A stretch of 64,000 nt of DNA. Origin: Candidatus Atelocyanobacterium thalassae (GTDB lineage: Bacteria > Cyanobacteriota > Cyanobacteriia > Cyanobacteriales > Microcystaceae). The notes below the pieces were generated by a model. It saw only the letters and a list, made by a program, of their open reading frames with translations. It did no database searches and had not been told where the DNA came from. A program made the position numbers and the translations under genes. Below, in pieces: positions 10,971 through 21,264 of this stretch; within the stretch, counting starts at the first letter, position 1, and each line of letters opens with the position of its first letter. The DNA lies in NCBI GenBank assembly GCA_051971635.1, contig JBFPLN010000005.1, positions 64,001 to 128,000 on the forward strand. Direction: 5' to 3'.

Positions 10971-10986
10971 GTTCGGGAACCCGTAC
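10971..10986 (+). promoter_or_regulatory. K-box heat/light enhancer element of groESL
   Basis: GTTCGG-GAAC-CCGTAC matches the GTTCGG-NNAN-CCNNAC consensus. Confidence 0.85.
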
Positions 10987-10997
10987 ACAATGAACAG

Positions 10998-11027
10998 TTG
11001 CCAGACCTCCTAATATTCCGTTAGATT
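10998..11027 (+). promoter_or_regulatory. Putative sigma70-type promoter of groESL
   Basis: -35 TTGCCA at 10998; -10 TAGATT at 11022, overlapping CIRCE. Confidence 0.6.
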
Positions 11028-11052
11028 AGCACTCAAGGATTAAGAGTGCTAA
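11026..11052 (+). promoter_or_regulatory. CIRCE (HrcA operator)
   Basis: TTAGCACTC-AAGGATTAA-GAGTGCTAA, perfect consensus. Confidence 0.97.
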
Positions 11053-11111
11053 CTCTTAAAATTATAAGAAACTCTTGATTTTTTAGATAAATATTAAAGG
11101 AGGATTTATTC

Positions 11112-11423
11112 ATGGCAGCAATCAGTATTAACGTATCTACCGTTAAGCCCCTTGGCGACCGTATTTTTCTTAAGGTCAACCCTGCTGAAGAAAAAACTGC
11201 TGGAGGTATTTTACTTCCAGATAACGCTCAAGAAAAGCCTCAAATTGGTGAAGTTGTTTCTGTAGGACCTGGTAAGCGTAATGACGACGGTAGTCGTTCT
11301 GAATTAGATGTCAAAGTAGGTGATAAAGTTCTTTATTCTAAATATGCCGGAACTGATGTCAAGCTATCTGGAGAAGACTATGTATTACTTTCTGAAAAGG
11401 ATATCCTAGCAGCTGTTGCTTAA
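11112..11423 (+). CDS. groES: Co-chaperonin GroES
   Basis: [27 protein letters not shown]. Confidence 0.99.
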   Translation: MAAISINVSTVKPLGDRIFLKVNPAEEKTAGGILLPDNAQEKPQIGEVVSVGPGKRNDDGSRSELDVKVGDKVLYSKYAGTDVKLSGEDYVLLSEKDILAAVA

Positions 11424-11485
11424 AATACGCATAGCAAATTCTTATTAACTTTATTTATTTTAGGATTGACATAAAAGAGGAATAA

Positions 11486-13114
<1,629 letters not shown>

Positions 13115-13121
13115 TAAAATA

Positions 13122-13204
13122 ACTGCTTCTTAATTAAATAAATAAGGAATGCTCTGTCTTAAAACAAGACAGAGCATTCCTTATTTATTTAATTAAGAAG
13201 CAGT
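13122..13204. repeat. Perfect 39-bp inverted repeat with 5-nt loop; probable bidirectional terminator between convergent groEL and kaiC
   Basis: ACTGCTTCTTAATTAAATAAATAAGGAATGCTCTGTCTT-AAAAC-exact reverse complement. Confidence 0.95.
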
Positions 13205-13218
13205 GTAAAAGTATAATA

Positions 13219-14778
13219 CTATAATCCCGTTTCATCTCTAGTATTAGGAACATTATGAGAAAATTTATCTTTTTCATCATAAGCTGTCCTATTTGGAAAA
13301 CTACTGACTATATTTTCACAGTTACGAGAAGAATCTTGAATAATAGGACCATTATGATCAATGATATATTTTCTTATATTTGTATCATGCCAAGATCCTC
13401 TCATTTTAAAAACATTAATTGATCTAGACATTTTTTCATAAATCTCTACGTATTTAAGTATTAGTATTGTATCTGTAATAGTAGAAATATGATTATCTGT
13501 AATAGAATTACCTTCCATAGATTGATCAGTTGTATTAGTAAAAAATCCTGTAATTTCCTCTTGCTTTACATATCCTGTGATTCCAATCACAAACTGATGA
13601 AAAGCATTTTTTGTAACACCTCTCGCTAAAGCAGACAAAGAGTCAATAGCAATACGAGAAGGCTTGAATCTAGAAATTTCCGATTTAATAATTTGTAAGT
13701 GGTCTTCTAGACCGGCAGATTCAGGATAAGTACATAATAATTTGAGAAGCCCCTGATGTTCCATTTTTTCGAAATCGATCCCGCAAGACATTGCATTACG
13801 AGATAACTGGGCCTTAGATTCTTCATAAGCAAATAGAATTACTTTTTCTCCTTGATGGCATCCTTCTTCTAAAAATTTATTTAATAACAAAGTTTTTCCA
13901 GTTCCTGTAGTACCTGTTACTAAAACAATGGAATCTTTAAAGAATCCTCCTCCGCACATTTCATCAAGAGTTTGCACCCCAGATGAAATGCGTATATTAG
14001 ATGATCTTTGAGTTAACCTCATTGCTCCTAGGGGAAATATGTTAATTCCATCATTAATAATAGTGAATGGGTATTCTCCATTCATATGAGTTGTACCACG
14101 TAACTTAAGAACTTCAATTGTGCGGCGGCGACGCTCTCCTTCCAAAGCATTGCGTACAATAATTACATTATCTGAAACGAATTCTTCAATACCAAACCTA
14201 GCAATCTGACCATACTCTTCTATTCTCTCTGTAGTTAAGATAGAAGTAATTTCCAGTTGTTTTAGCCGAGCTACAAGACGAAAAATTTCTCTTCTTATTA
14301 CAGCAACTGCATTATATTGCTGAAAAACTGCAGTTACAGAATCGATGGAAACAAGTTTTGCTTTGTACTTATGAATAGCATATTGTATTCTTTCAATTAG
14401 TGCTGATAAATCAAAACTTTCAAATATTTCTTGTCCTTCAGGATCTGGAGATGCATCAAGAATAAATAAATAACCATCATCAACTAACTTTTGTAAGTCC
14501 CAACCAAAACTGTATGCATTCTCAATGATATCATTTGGAGATTCTTCAAAAGTAACGAAAAGACCAGGATAGTCAAAATATTTAATTCCGTTATATAAGA
14601 ACTGTATAGCAAGAAGTGTTTTTCCTGTCCCTGATGTTCCACTAACAAGTGTTGTTCTCCCTAAAGGTAACCCTCCATGGGTTATTTCGTCTAAACCATC
14701 TATCATAGTACGAATTTTACGAACACCTTTAAGAGATAATCTTAATGGTATATCTTTTCTCGAAAAAGGCTGGTTCAT
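13219..14778 (-). CDS. kaiC: Circadian clock ATPase/kinase KaiC
   Basis: 519 aa; two RecA-like domains (GTSGTGKT, GTTGTGKT); HISTITD phosphosites; KLRG and KMRG fingers. Confidence 0.98.
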   Translation of the reverse strand: MNQPFSRKDIPLRLSLKGVRKIRTMIDGLDEITHGGLPLGRTTLVSGTSGTGKTLLAIQFLYNGIKYFDYPGLFVTFEESPNDIIENAYSFGWDLQKLVDDGYLFILDASPDPEGQEIFESFDLSALIERIQYAIHKYKAKLVSIDSVTAVFQQYNAVAVIRREIFRLVARLKQLEITSILTTERIEEYGQIARFGIEEFVSDNVIIVRNALEGERRRRTIEVLKLRGTTHMNGEYPFTIINDGINIFPLGAMRLTQRSSNIRISSGVQTLDEMCGGGFFKDSIVLVTGTTGTGKTLLLNKFLEEGCHQGEKVILFAYEESKAQLSRNAMSCGIDFEKMEHQGLLKLLCTYPESAGLEDHLQIIKSEISRFKPSRIAIDSLSALARGVTKNAFHQFVIGITGYVKQEEITGFFTNTTDQSMEGNSITDNHISTITDTILILKYVEIYEKMSRSINVFKMRGSWHDTNIRKYIIDHNGPIIQDSSRNCENIVSSFPNRTAYDEKDKFSHNVPNTRDETGL

Positions 14779-14809
14779 AACTTCTTAATTAATTATCTTA
14801 TATTGAAAA

Positions 14810-15057
14810 TTTTAATCGAACAACAGAATAAAGCTTAATTTCAAAACACTTGTTTGTTATAGACAATTTTAAAACCGTAATGACCAATTTGTATCAGCAA
14901 ACAATATAGTACTTTTGATAATAATTTCTTTAAAGAATTAATAATTTTTATATTTAAACTTTTTCATCTTCAATTATTTGTACCTTTTGAAATAATCATC
15001 AAGAGTTTAAATAATAAGTTTATATATTTGGTTACTACACAACCAAAGCTCATTCAT
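14810..15057 (-). pseudogene. kaiB: Possible heavily eroded kaiB remnant
   Basis: Sits between the kaiA remnant and kaiC; weak collinear fragments in different frames (MNEL, IIEDE, IKIINSLK, LSKVL..IG); boundaries approximate. Confidence 0.3.
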
Positions 15058-15081
15058 AAACTGCAATTTAGAATAATAGCG

Positions 15082-15401
15082 TTTTTTTGAAATAGAAAAA
15101 CAATATGTCTCTCCTGAGTAATCAAGAGTATCAATAATAATTAAACGATAAGCTAAAAGTATTACTTATTATGCTCTCCTAATTTAATGTGTTGTGAAAG
15201 TCTATTAATTAATTTTATGTGAATTTCTAAAATCTGAGAAATTAATATATCTACAGAAAAAAGTTGTTGAATAGACTAACTAATGGGTTAATTGATATCG
15301 ATATTGTCGTCCAATCAATTAAAAACAGTTTTTAGATAGTTATTCCCTAATCTTTTTAAGAACTTTTCTCTTTTATCCTAAGAAAGGTTGAAATAAAAGT
15401 A
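15082..15401 (-). pseudogene. kaiA: kaiA pseudogene (C-terminal domain remnant)
   Basis: YFYFNLS*DKREKFLKRLGNNYLKTVFN*LDDNIDIN*PIS*SIQQLFSVDILISQILEIHIKLINRLSQHIKLGEHN, then a frameshift, then ILLAYRLIIIDTLDYSGETYCFSIS; collinear with KaiA SQILEIHMELMDEFSQQLKLEGR..ILLDYRLTLIDI.AHL.EMYRRSIP (recalled). Confidence 0.88.
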
Positions 15402-15505
15402 TTAAGTATTGTTTACATGATGGTTTAACGAATACTTAAACTTTTATGCTAGATTGCTTTATTATATTAATAAACAGCTTTAATAGTTATTAAAGCTATT
15501 TTTAA

Positions 15506-15805
15506 CAAGACAATTATTTCTTAAATAAGCAAGAAAATGATAGCATAATTAGTAACCTGTTTAATATTGCCCTAATAATAAATTTTGGGACTGTAATACT
15601 TATAATTTAAAAATTAGGCATTACATTTAGTAATGCTCTCCTGCAATATCAAGGTCTATTTGGAATAGTAGTACTATATATTATTGTTGTTTTATTTATA
15701 GATAATACTTTTTCAACTCCGCTTATGGTACAAACACAAAAATTTTTATTATCTAATGGATTAATTAGTGACTTTGTAATACCTTTACTATTAGTGCGAA
15801 GATAA
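15506..15805 (+). pseudogene. Probable remnant of an unidentified membrane-protein gene
   Basis: One frame, about 98 largely hydrophobic codons with a single internal TAA (15608-15610) and no upstream start. Confidence 0.35.
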
Positions 15806-16092
15806 ATTGATGTATCAAAATATAATGTTATTCAAGAAAATATAAGGAATTAAATCAATCCTGTCACTAAAAACTGAATATAAATATTTATTTTTAGTCT
15901 TCAAATTAGTAAAAAGTAAGCATCATATTTTAAATATATGTGGAAAATGAAAAGGATTATATCTGCTTACTAATAAGTATGATTTTCAGTTATCAAAACT
16001 AAATGAAGATTAAAAATAATCATTTCTAACCTCATATTCTTTAATAATCAAGACAGTCAAAATTTTCTATTGATAAAAGGTATTCATTAATA

Positions 16093-16569
16093 ATGATAAG
16101 ATTAGCAACAAAAATTGAAGCAGTTTTATATCTTAAAGGTCAATCTTTGAGCTTAGTTGATATTGCTAAATATGTAAATTGTGAAATAGAGGCTGTACAA
16201 GATGCAATAATTGAATTAATGTCTGATTATGCATATCGTGACAGTGCACTAGAGGTTATAGAAACAGAAAATGGTTATAGCCTACAACTTCGCTCAGTTT
16301 TTAACGATCTTACAAATAATATAATTCCTGCTGAATTAGGAAAAGCAGTTTTAAGAACTTTGGCGGCAATTGCTCTCAAAAATCCTATTGTCCAGACTGA
16401 GCTGATTGAGTTAAGGGGAAGTAGTGCATATCAACATGTCCACAAACTAGTAGAGCTGGGCTTTATTCGTAAATATAGCAAGAAAACTGGACGTTCCTAC
16501 CTTTTAGAAATCACTTCTAAATTTCATCAATACTTTGAAATTGATCAGCTTCCCAATTCCATGAATTAA
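16093..16569 (+). CDS. scpB: SMC-Scp complex subunit ScpB
   Basis: IEAVLY, LRTLAAIALKNPI, ELRG, KFHQYFEI. Confidence 0.93.
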   Translation: MIRLATKIEAVLYLKGQSLSLVDIAKYVNCEIEAVQDAIIELMSDYAYRDSALEVIETENGYSLQLRSVFNDLTNNIIPAELGKAVLRTLAAIALKNPIVQTELIELRGSSAYQHVHKLVELGFIRKYSKKTGRSYLLEITSKFHQYFEIDQLPNSMN

Positions 16570-16665
16570 ATTCTTAGCTATTTTTTTCAGTAAGGTTTAT
16601 ATTGTAATAGTGTACAGCAACAGCAGAACATAAATAAATTAAGCTCAATTTTGGAGTTCTAGTGA

Positions 16666-17013
16666 ATGGTATTCAACTATGATTTTCTCTCAGAAGAACA
16701 AGATCCCAATCCCCTCATACAATACCTGAAGCAACAGCAGCCTGAAACATTATCCCGAATAGCACAATCTGTTAGTTTAGAAGTTCAACAAATTATTACC
16801 AAGAATGTACAAGGGTTGATGGGAATGCTGTCCCCTGGGGATTTTAATATACAAATAGCTACTGATAGAGAAAATTTAGCTAATCTGCTTGCTTCTGCAA
16901 TGATGACAGGATACTTTCTTAGTCAAATGGAACAACGTAAAAATCTAGAAGTTAATATGTTAAGTACTGAATTCTCAAGTTCAAGCTTATCTTCTAACCA
17001 AACAGAAATATAA
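16666..17013 (+). CDS. DUF760 family protein
   Basis: NPLIQYL, NVQGLMGML, RENLANLLASAMMTGYFL. Confidence 0.88.
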   Translation: MVFNYDFLSEEQDPNPLIQYLKQQQPETLSRIAQSVSLEVQQIITKNVQGLMGMLSPGDFNIQIATDRENLANLLASAMMTGYFLSQMEQRKNLEVNMLSTEFSSSSLSSNQTEI

Positions 17014-17026
17014 AAAGAATAGAGAC

Positions 17027-17079
17027 AAGAGAAATCATAAACAAAAAGTAAATCTTCTTATTTTTGTATGATTTCTCTT
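17027..17079. terminator. Imperfect hairpin between convergent DUF760 and the Norf4-like gene
   Basis: AAGAGAAATCAT...ATGATTTCTCTT outer stem with ACAAAAA/TTTTTGT inner stem. Confidence 0.55.
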
Positions 17080-17088
17080 AGGAAAATT

Positions 17089-17184
17089 TTATCCGCCCCT
17101 AGAAAAGCTTCCCATAACAAAAGCAGATAAAAGTATTCCTGGACTTAGTAAGGCAATTAATAGTAGCAATTGATCAACAGTCAT
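17089..17184 (-). CDS. norf4: 31-aa single-TM microprotein, Norf4-like, missed by ORF track
   Basis: MTVDQLLLLIALLSPGILLSAFVMGSFSRGG; length and MTxDQLLL..PGILLS..VM.SF..GG pattern match my recollection of Synechocystis Norf4. Confidence 0.75.
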   Translation of the reverse strand: MTVDQLLLLIALLSPGILLSAFVMGSFSRGG

Positions 17185-17270
17185 AAATGTTATTTTGGAT
17201 TGTAATATCTTCCATTTGTTAAACTAACGCAATTTCTCTAAAATTTCGCTAAGTTAACTAAATTTTAATA

Positions 17271-18602
17271 TTATTCATTCATATTTTTATAAGTAGCTAC
17301 AGCAGAAGGAGAAATACGATTAAGATAACGGAATATCCAATATTTAAGAACTGTATCTAAGATAACTGGAAATGTTGCAATAAATAGAAAGTTAAACTCT
17401 TGGTTTTCTGGTAATCCAAAATGATGGGATATCCCTTCTAAAATGACTTCCCATCCATGTGGAGAATGAAATCCAACAAACATATCTGTAAATAAAATAA
17501 TTAAAAAAGCTTTAGCTGGATCACTTAACCCATACAAAATTTCGTCCAGAAAAGCTTTTAGGATTTCTATCTCTTTTCTACTAAAAGCGACAACTATTAC
17601 GAAAGCAGCTACTGAAAAAAGATCAGCAAAAACATTACCAACCGAATTTATGCCTTGTGCACGGTATTGTTGTGTTATTTCTTGAGCTTTTTCTTTAACC
17701 TTTTCTTCAACTTTTTCTTCATTTAAAGGTTCCCTTAGTCCTATTAAACCCTGAAATCGAAGAATTTCTTCATAATGACTTAATTCTTCAAAAGCTTCTT
17801 CTTCTAAATCTTTGTTAATAAATACTACCTGTCCATGATCTTGGAAGTACTGACGAATTATTGGAGTCAATAAAAATGTTTTAGTTAATTGATGAGTTAA
17901 TAAAGGGACTATGATTAGTAATAGAATAAATTTGACAGAAAGGGCAGTTCTTAAACGAGATTTACGATGTTTAGTTAAAACCTTTTCTTCACTATCCTCT
18001 GATTTGGGATCTATTTCTTGTCTTAATCTATTTAGCGTATCAATAAAAGATCGTGGCAGGACACCTATGTTTTGATTTTTCGACTCTAGGCGATACCTAT
18101 TTTTTTGAGATGTATTTTCTGGATAATAAAAATGATTAGCTTCCTCTTCTTTTATCTTAAGTGTAGCTTTTGTTGTGATTGTAGAGTTGTTTAAATCATT
18201 ATTTTCTGTATTTGATGTATATCTCAATATAATTTTGTCAATAAATTTTAACTTCTCAAGAGAAATTGTACTGCTTGTAAAATTCTTCTTCTCTTCTTTA
18301 TTTATAATTTTCTTCTCATCAATATCTTGCGAAATATTCATAACTTTCAAGAATAGTCTACTAGTTTTAAAAATATTTAGTTCTAAATTAATTTTTTTAA
18401 GATAGCTATCAATTTCTATCTTAAAATATGAAACGACACTACTGCCATAACTAGTATTATCTTGAGATATTATTTTTCCACTAAAATATTTATCTTCAAT
18501 TTCTTTTATTTTTAAAGCCGTTTTATAGGCACGATCTAAAGATCTCTCTGGAGTCAATGTCAGCCAATCAAAAGTTTTTTTAATCAAAAACTGAATTTTC
18601 AT
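17271..18602 (-). CDS. pxcA: Proton extrusion protein PxcA (CemA/Ycf10 family)
   Basis: TPERSLDRAY, LFTDMFVGFHSPHGWE, ATFPVILDT, LNRISPSAVATY. Confidence 0.96.
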   Translation of the reverse strand: MKIQFLIKKTFDWLTLTPERSLDRAYKTALKIKEIEDKYFSGKIISQDNTSYGSSVVSYFKIEIDSYLKKINLELNIFKTSRLFLKVMNISQDIDEKKIINKEEKKNFTSSTISLEKLKFIDKIILRYTSNTENNDLNNSTITTKATLKIKEEEANHFYYPENTSQKNRYRLESKNQNIGVLPRSFIDTLNRLRQEIDPKSEDSEEKVLTKHRKSRLRTALSVKFILLLIIVPLLTHQLTKTFLLTPIIRQYFQDHGQVVFINKDLEEEAFEELSHYEEILRFQGLIGLREPLNEEKVEEKVKEKAQEITQQYRAQGINSVGNVFADLFSVAAFVIVVAFSRKEIEILKAFLDEILYGLSDPAKAFLIILFTDMFVGFHSPHGWEVILEGISHHFGLPENQEFNFLFIATFPVILDTVLKYWIFRYLNRISPSAVATYKNMNE

Positions 18603-18690
18603 ATTAACTAGTGCTTATTTGCAATGAGTAAAAAATTAAAGAATAAAAATATTTTAGAAATGATTGTATGTTAACTAATTTAATTGAGGA

Positions 18691-20805
18691 ATGTTTGTGA
18701 AGTTAACCTCCTTATGGATTGAAGGAACTACTCGTACTGGGAAAACAACCCAATTAGTTAAAAATTTTTTTTACTGGGTTAAAGAGAAGAACCATAATCG
18801 AAGCCTATCTCCTATACAATCAATTACGCATAACCTTGCTTCATCAGTATTGGTTTTGTCTGCAAATGACGATAATCGCCGTAAATTGTTCGACAAACTT
18901 TCTTCTATAACTAAAGGAAAATATGCTATTCATTGTAAAACACCTTTAGGATTCATGAGAGATGAATTAAAGTTATTTTGGCCTCTTCTATTTGAAAAAT
19001 TAAATTTGAAAGAGGAATTTCCTTTATTTTTAAGAACTGAAACTGAACAAGCCTTTGCCACCAAATTATGGAAACCATATCTAGAAAAATATCAAATATC
19101 ACTTACCACAAGTCATGAGTTTCGTTTTGTTCGTCAAACTCTAGATCTATTGCAACTAGCTAGTGCTAGTGGAGTTATAGGTGAAGATATATCTTTTATT
19201 TTAGAGTATGGACTAGAAGAAGAGTATTACTTTTTAAAAGAATTACATAACTTTATTCATACGAAAAAAACATTACCTAAATTACAACAGGAGTTAATTA
19301 TACAATGGAGAAAATGGTGCTTTAACCGAGGGATAGTAACTTACGGACTTATCTATAATTTATATTGGCAATATTTGTTACCTGATTTTCAATATAGAAA
19401 TTTTTTGATCAATCGTTATCATGGAATCTTTGCAGATGATATTGATGATTATCCTGCTATAACTAAAGATTTATTTCAATTTTTTATAGATCATCAAAAA
19501 TTTTGTGTCTTTACTTATAATCCATACGGACAAGTTAGATTAGGTCTGAGTGCTGATCCAGAGTATTTATATCGTATAAAGTCTCATTGTAACAATATAG
19601 TATTATCTACATATCCAAATTTTTTTGATACAAGTAGTCAGCTCATACTAGACCAAATAGATAATTCTTTATCTTCAAAAAAGCTTCCCGACTTTTTCTC
19701 GTCTATCAAAACCGTTTCAAGAAGTGAGCTTCTCCAAAAGACAGCAACTTTTATAATCAATGCTATCGAAAACCATCAAGTTAGCCCTAAGGAAATTGTA
19801 ATTATTGCACCTGGATTAGATGAAATTGCACGTTACACATTAATTGAAACCTTATTAATGGCCAATATTCCTGTTAAATTATTAAACGAACAACGTCCTT
19901 TAATTAGTTTTCCAATCATTCGTGCATTGTTAACTATTTTAGGGTTAGTCTTTCCTGGATTAGGAAAATTTGTTGAAATACATGATATTGCACAAATGCT
20001 AACCACTTTAAGTTATGACTATGAAAGTCATACAATGATAATTGATCCTGTTAGATCAGGAATTTTAGCTGATAATTGCTTTTATATAGATAAGCAGCAT
20101 CCTAAGCTGTTACCCTTAGAGCAATATCCTAGATGGGATAGAATAGGATACAAAGCTGCTAAGGCTTATAAAAAATTATATTCTTGGGTAAAAGAGACAA
20201 AATATGAAATAGAGAAAGAACAACCCTCTAATCCGATAGTAGTGATTGATTCAGCAATTAAAAATTTTATAGAATCTCGATATCAGTTACCTCATGAGCA
20301 ATTATTAGCTCTAAAAGAGCTTACAGAAACTGCTCAACACTTTTGGGAAACAGATTACCGATTACAAAAATATAATACGAATACAAAATCTTTGACAAAT
20401 AGTTTAGTTGATTTTATTCAATTACTTAGAGAAGGTATAGTCACGGCTAATCCTAAGCCTGAAGATTATTTTAGCAAACAACCTGATTATGTAACTTTAA
20501 CTACAATTTTCCAATACCGTTCCTTGAGAAGTTCTCATAATTTGCATCTATGGTTAGATGTATCATCTCGTTTATGGGAAACAGCTGGAGCATCAGTATT
20601 ATTTTACGCTCAATTGTTTTTAAGAGGTCAACTCAGTAATTTAAGTGAATCAGAAGAAAATAAAAAACGTTTAAAACGTATTCTAATGGATTTATTAAGC
20701 AGAGTAGACAATGAAGTCATTTTATGCCATAGCGATTTGAATATTAAAGGTATATATCAGTCTGGTCCACTATTAACTCTTATTAATAACTCTAAAACAA
20801 GATGA
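18691..20805 (+). CDS. Conserved cyanobacterial protein with degenerate SF1 (UvrD/AddB-like) helicase motifs
   Basis: WIEGTTRTGKT, IFADDIDDY, EIVIIAPGLD, VTLTTIFQYR, LLSRV..EVILCHS. Confidence 0.65.
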   Translation: MFVKLTSLWIEGTTRTGKTTQLVKNFFYWVKEKNHNRSLSPIQSITHNLASSVLVLSANDDNRRKLFDKLSSITKGKYAIHCKTPLGFMRDELKLFWPLLFEKLNLKEEFPLFLRTETEQAFATKLWKPYLEKYQISLTTSHEFRFVRQTLDLLQLASASGVIGEDISFILEYGLEEEYYFLKELHNFIHTKKTLPKLQQELIIQWRKWCFNRGIVTYGLIYNLYWQYLLPDFQYRNFLINRYHGIFADDIDDYPAITKDLFQFFIDHQKFCVFTYNPYGQVRLGLSADPEYLYRIKSHCNNIVLSTYPNFFDTSSQLILDQIDNSLSSKKLPDFFSSIKTVSRSELLQKTATFIINAIENHQVSPKEIVIIAPGLDEIARYTLIETLLMANIPVKLLNEQRPLISFPIIRALLTILGLVFPGLGKFVEIHDIAQMLTTLSYDYESHTMIIDPVRSGILADNCFYIDKQHPKLLPLEQYPRWDRIGYKAAKAYKKLYSWVKETKYEIEKEQPSNPIVVIDSAIKNFIESRYQLPHEQLLALKELTETAQHFWETDYRLQKYNTNTKSLTNSLVDFIQLLREGIVTANPKPEDYFSKQPDYVTLTTIFQYRSLRSSHNLHLWLDVSSRLWETAGASVLFYAQLFLRGQLSNLSESEENKKRLKRILMDLLSRVDNEVILCHSDLNIKGIYQSGPLLTLINNSKTR

Positions 20806-20839
20806 AGGCTTTATAGTTACTATCTTAAGATAATTCACA

Positions 20840-20872
20840 AAAACCCTAACTACAGTTTAAAGTTAGGGTTTT
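20840..20872. terminator. Bidirectional intrinsic terminator candidate
   Basis: AAAACCCTAACT-9 nt-AGTTAGGGTTTT between convergent genes. Confidence 0.7.
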
Positions 20873-20940
20873 ATTAACTTCTTAGGCTGATCTCAGACAA
20901 TAAAAGTTGTATGGTTATTTAGGTTCAATATCTTATAAAC

Positions 20941-21123
20941 TTAATGTCGACGGGATCTTTGTCTTTGTCGAGTAGCCTCTTTACGTTTACGTTTTTCTTC
21001 TGGCGTTTCAAAAAATTGGTGCTTTTTGTAGTCTGTATAGATTCCAGCTCTAGCAACCTGCCGTTTAAATCGACGTAACGCAGATTCAATAGGTTCGTTT
21101 TGACTAACGAATACTTGAGTCAT
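20941..21123 (-). CDS. rpsU: 30S ribosomal protein S21
   Basis: [30 protein letters not shown] at 21123 after AAGGAGGT. Confidence 0.96.
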   Translation of the reverse strand: MTQVFVSQNEPIESALRRFKRQVARAGIYTDYKKHQFFETPEEKRKRKEATRQRQRSRRH

Positions 21124-21264
21124 TATGGATGTTAACACCTCCTTTTTTTAAGTAAATGAAAAAAGATAAACTAATTATCCTCTTTTATTAAAACTTATTC
21201 AAGTATATTTTCTCAATATTAAAAGATATTTTCTCTATAAAATTAGAAAAGTAAGATTGAAAGT

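Noticed and set aside
13122..13204. Long IR as a MITE or CRISPR unit
   Set aside because: Single copy in the window, no target-site duplication, no spacers, no cas genes
13125..14792. CTTCTTAATTAA shared between the 39-bp IR arms and the sequence just upstream of kaiC, suggesting kaiC is a flanked mobile cassette
   Set aside because: Only 12 AT-rich bases, no transposase, and the kaiA remnant shows kaiC is in its ancestral operon position
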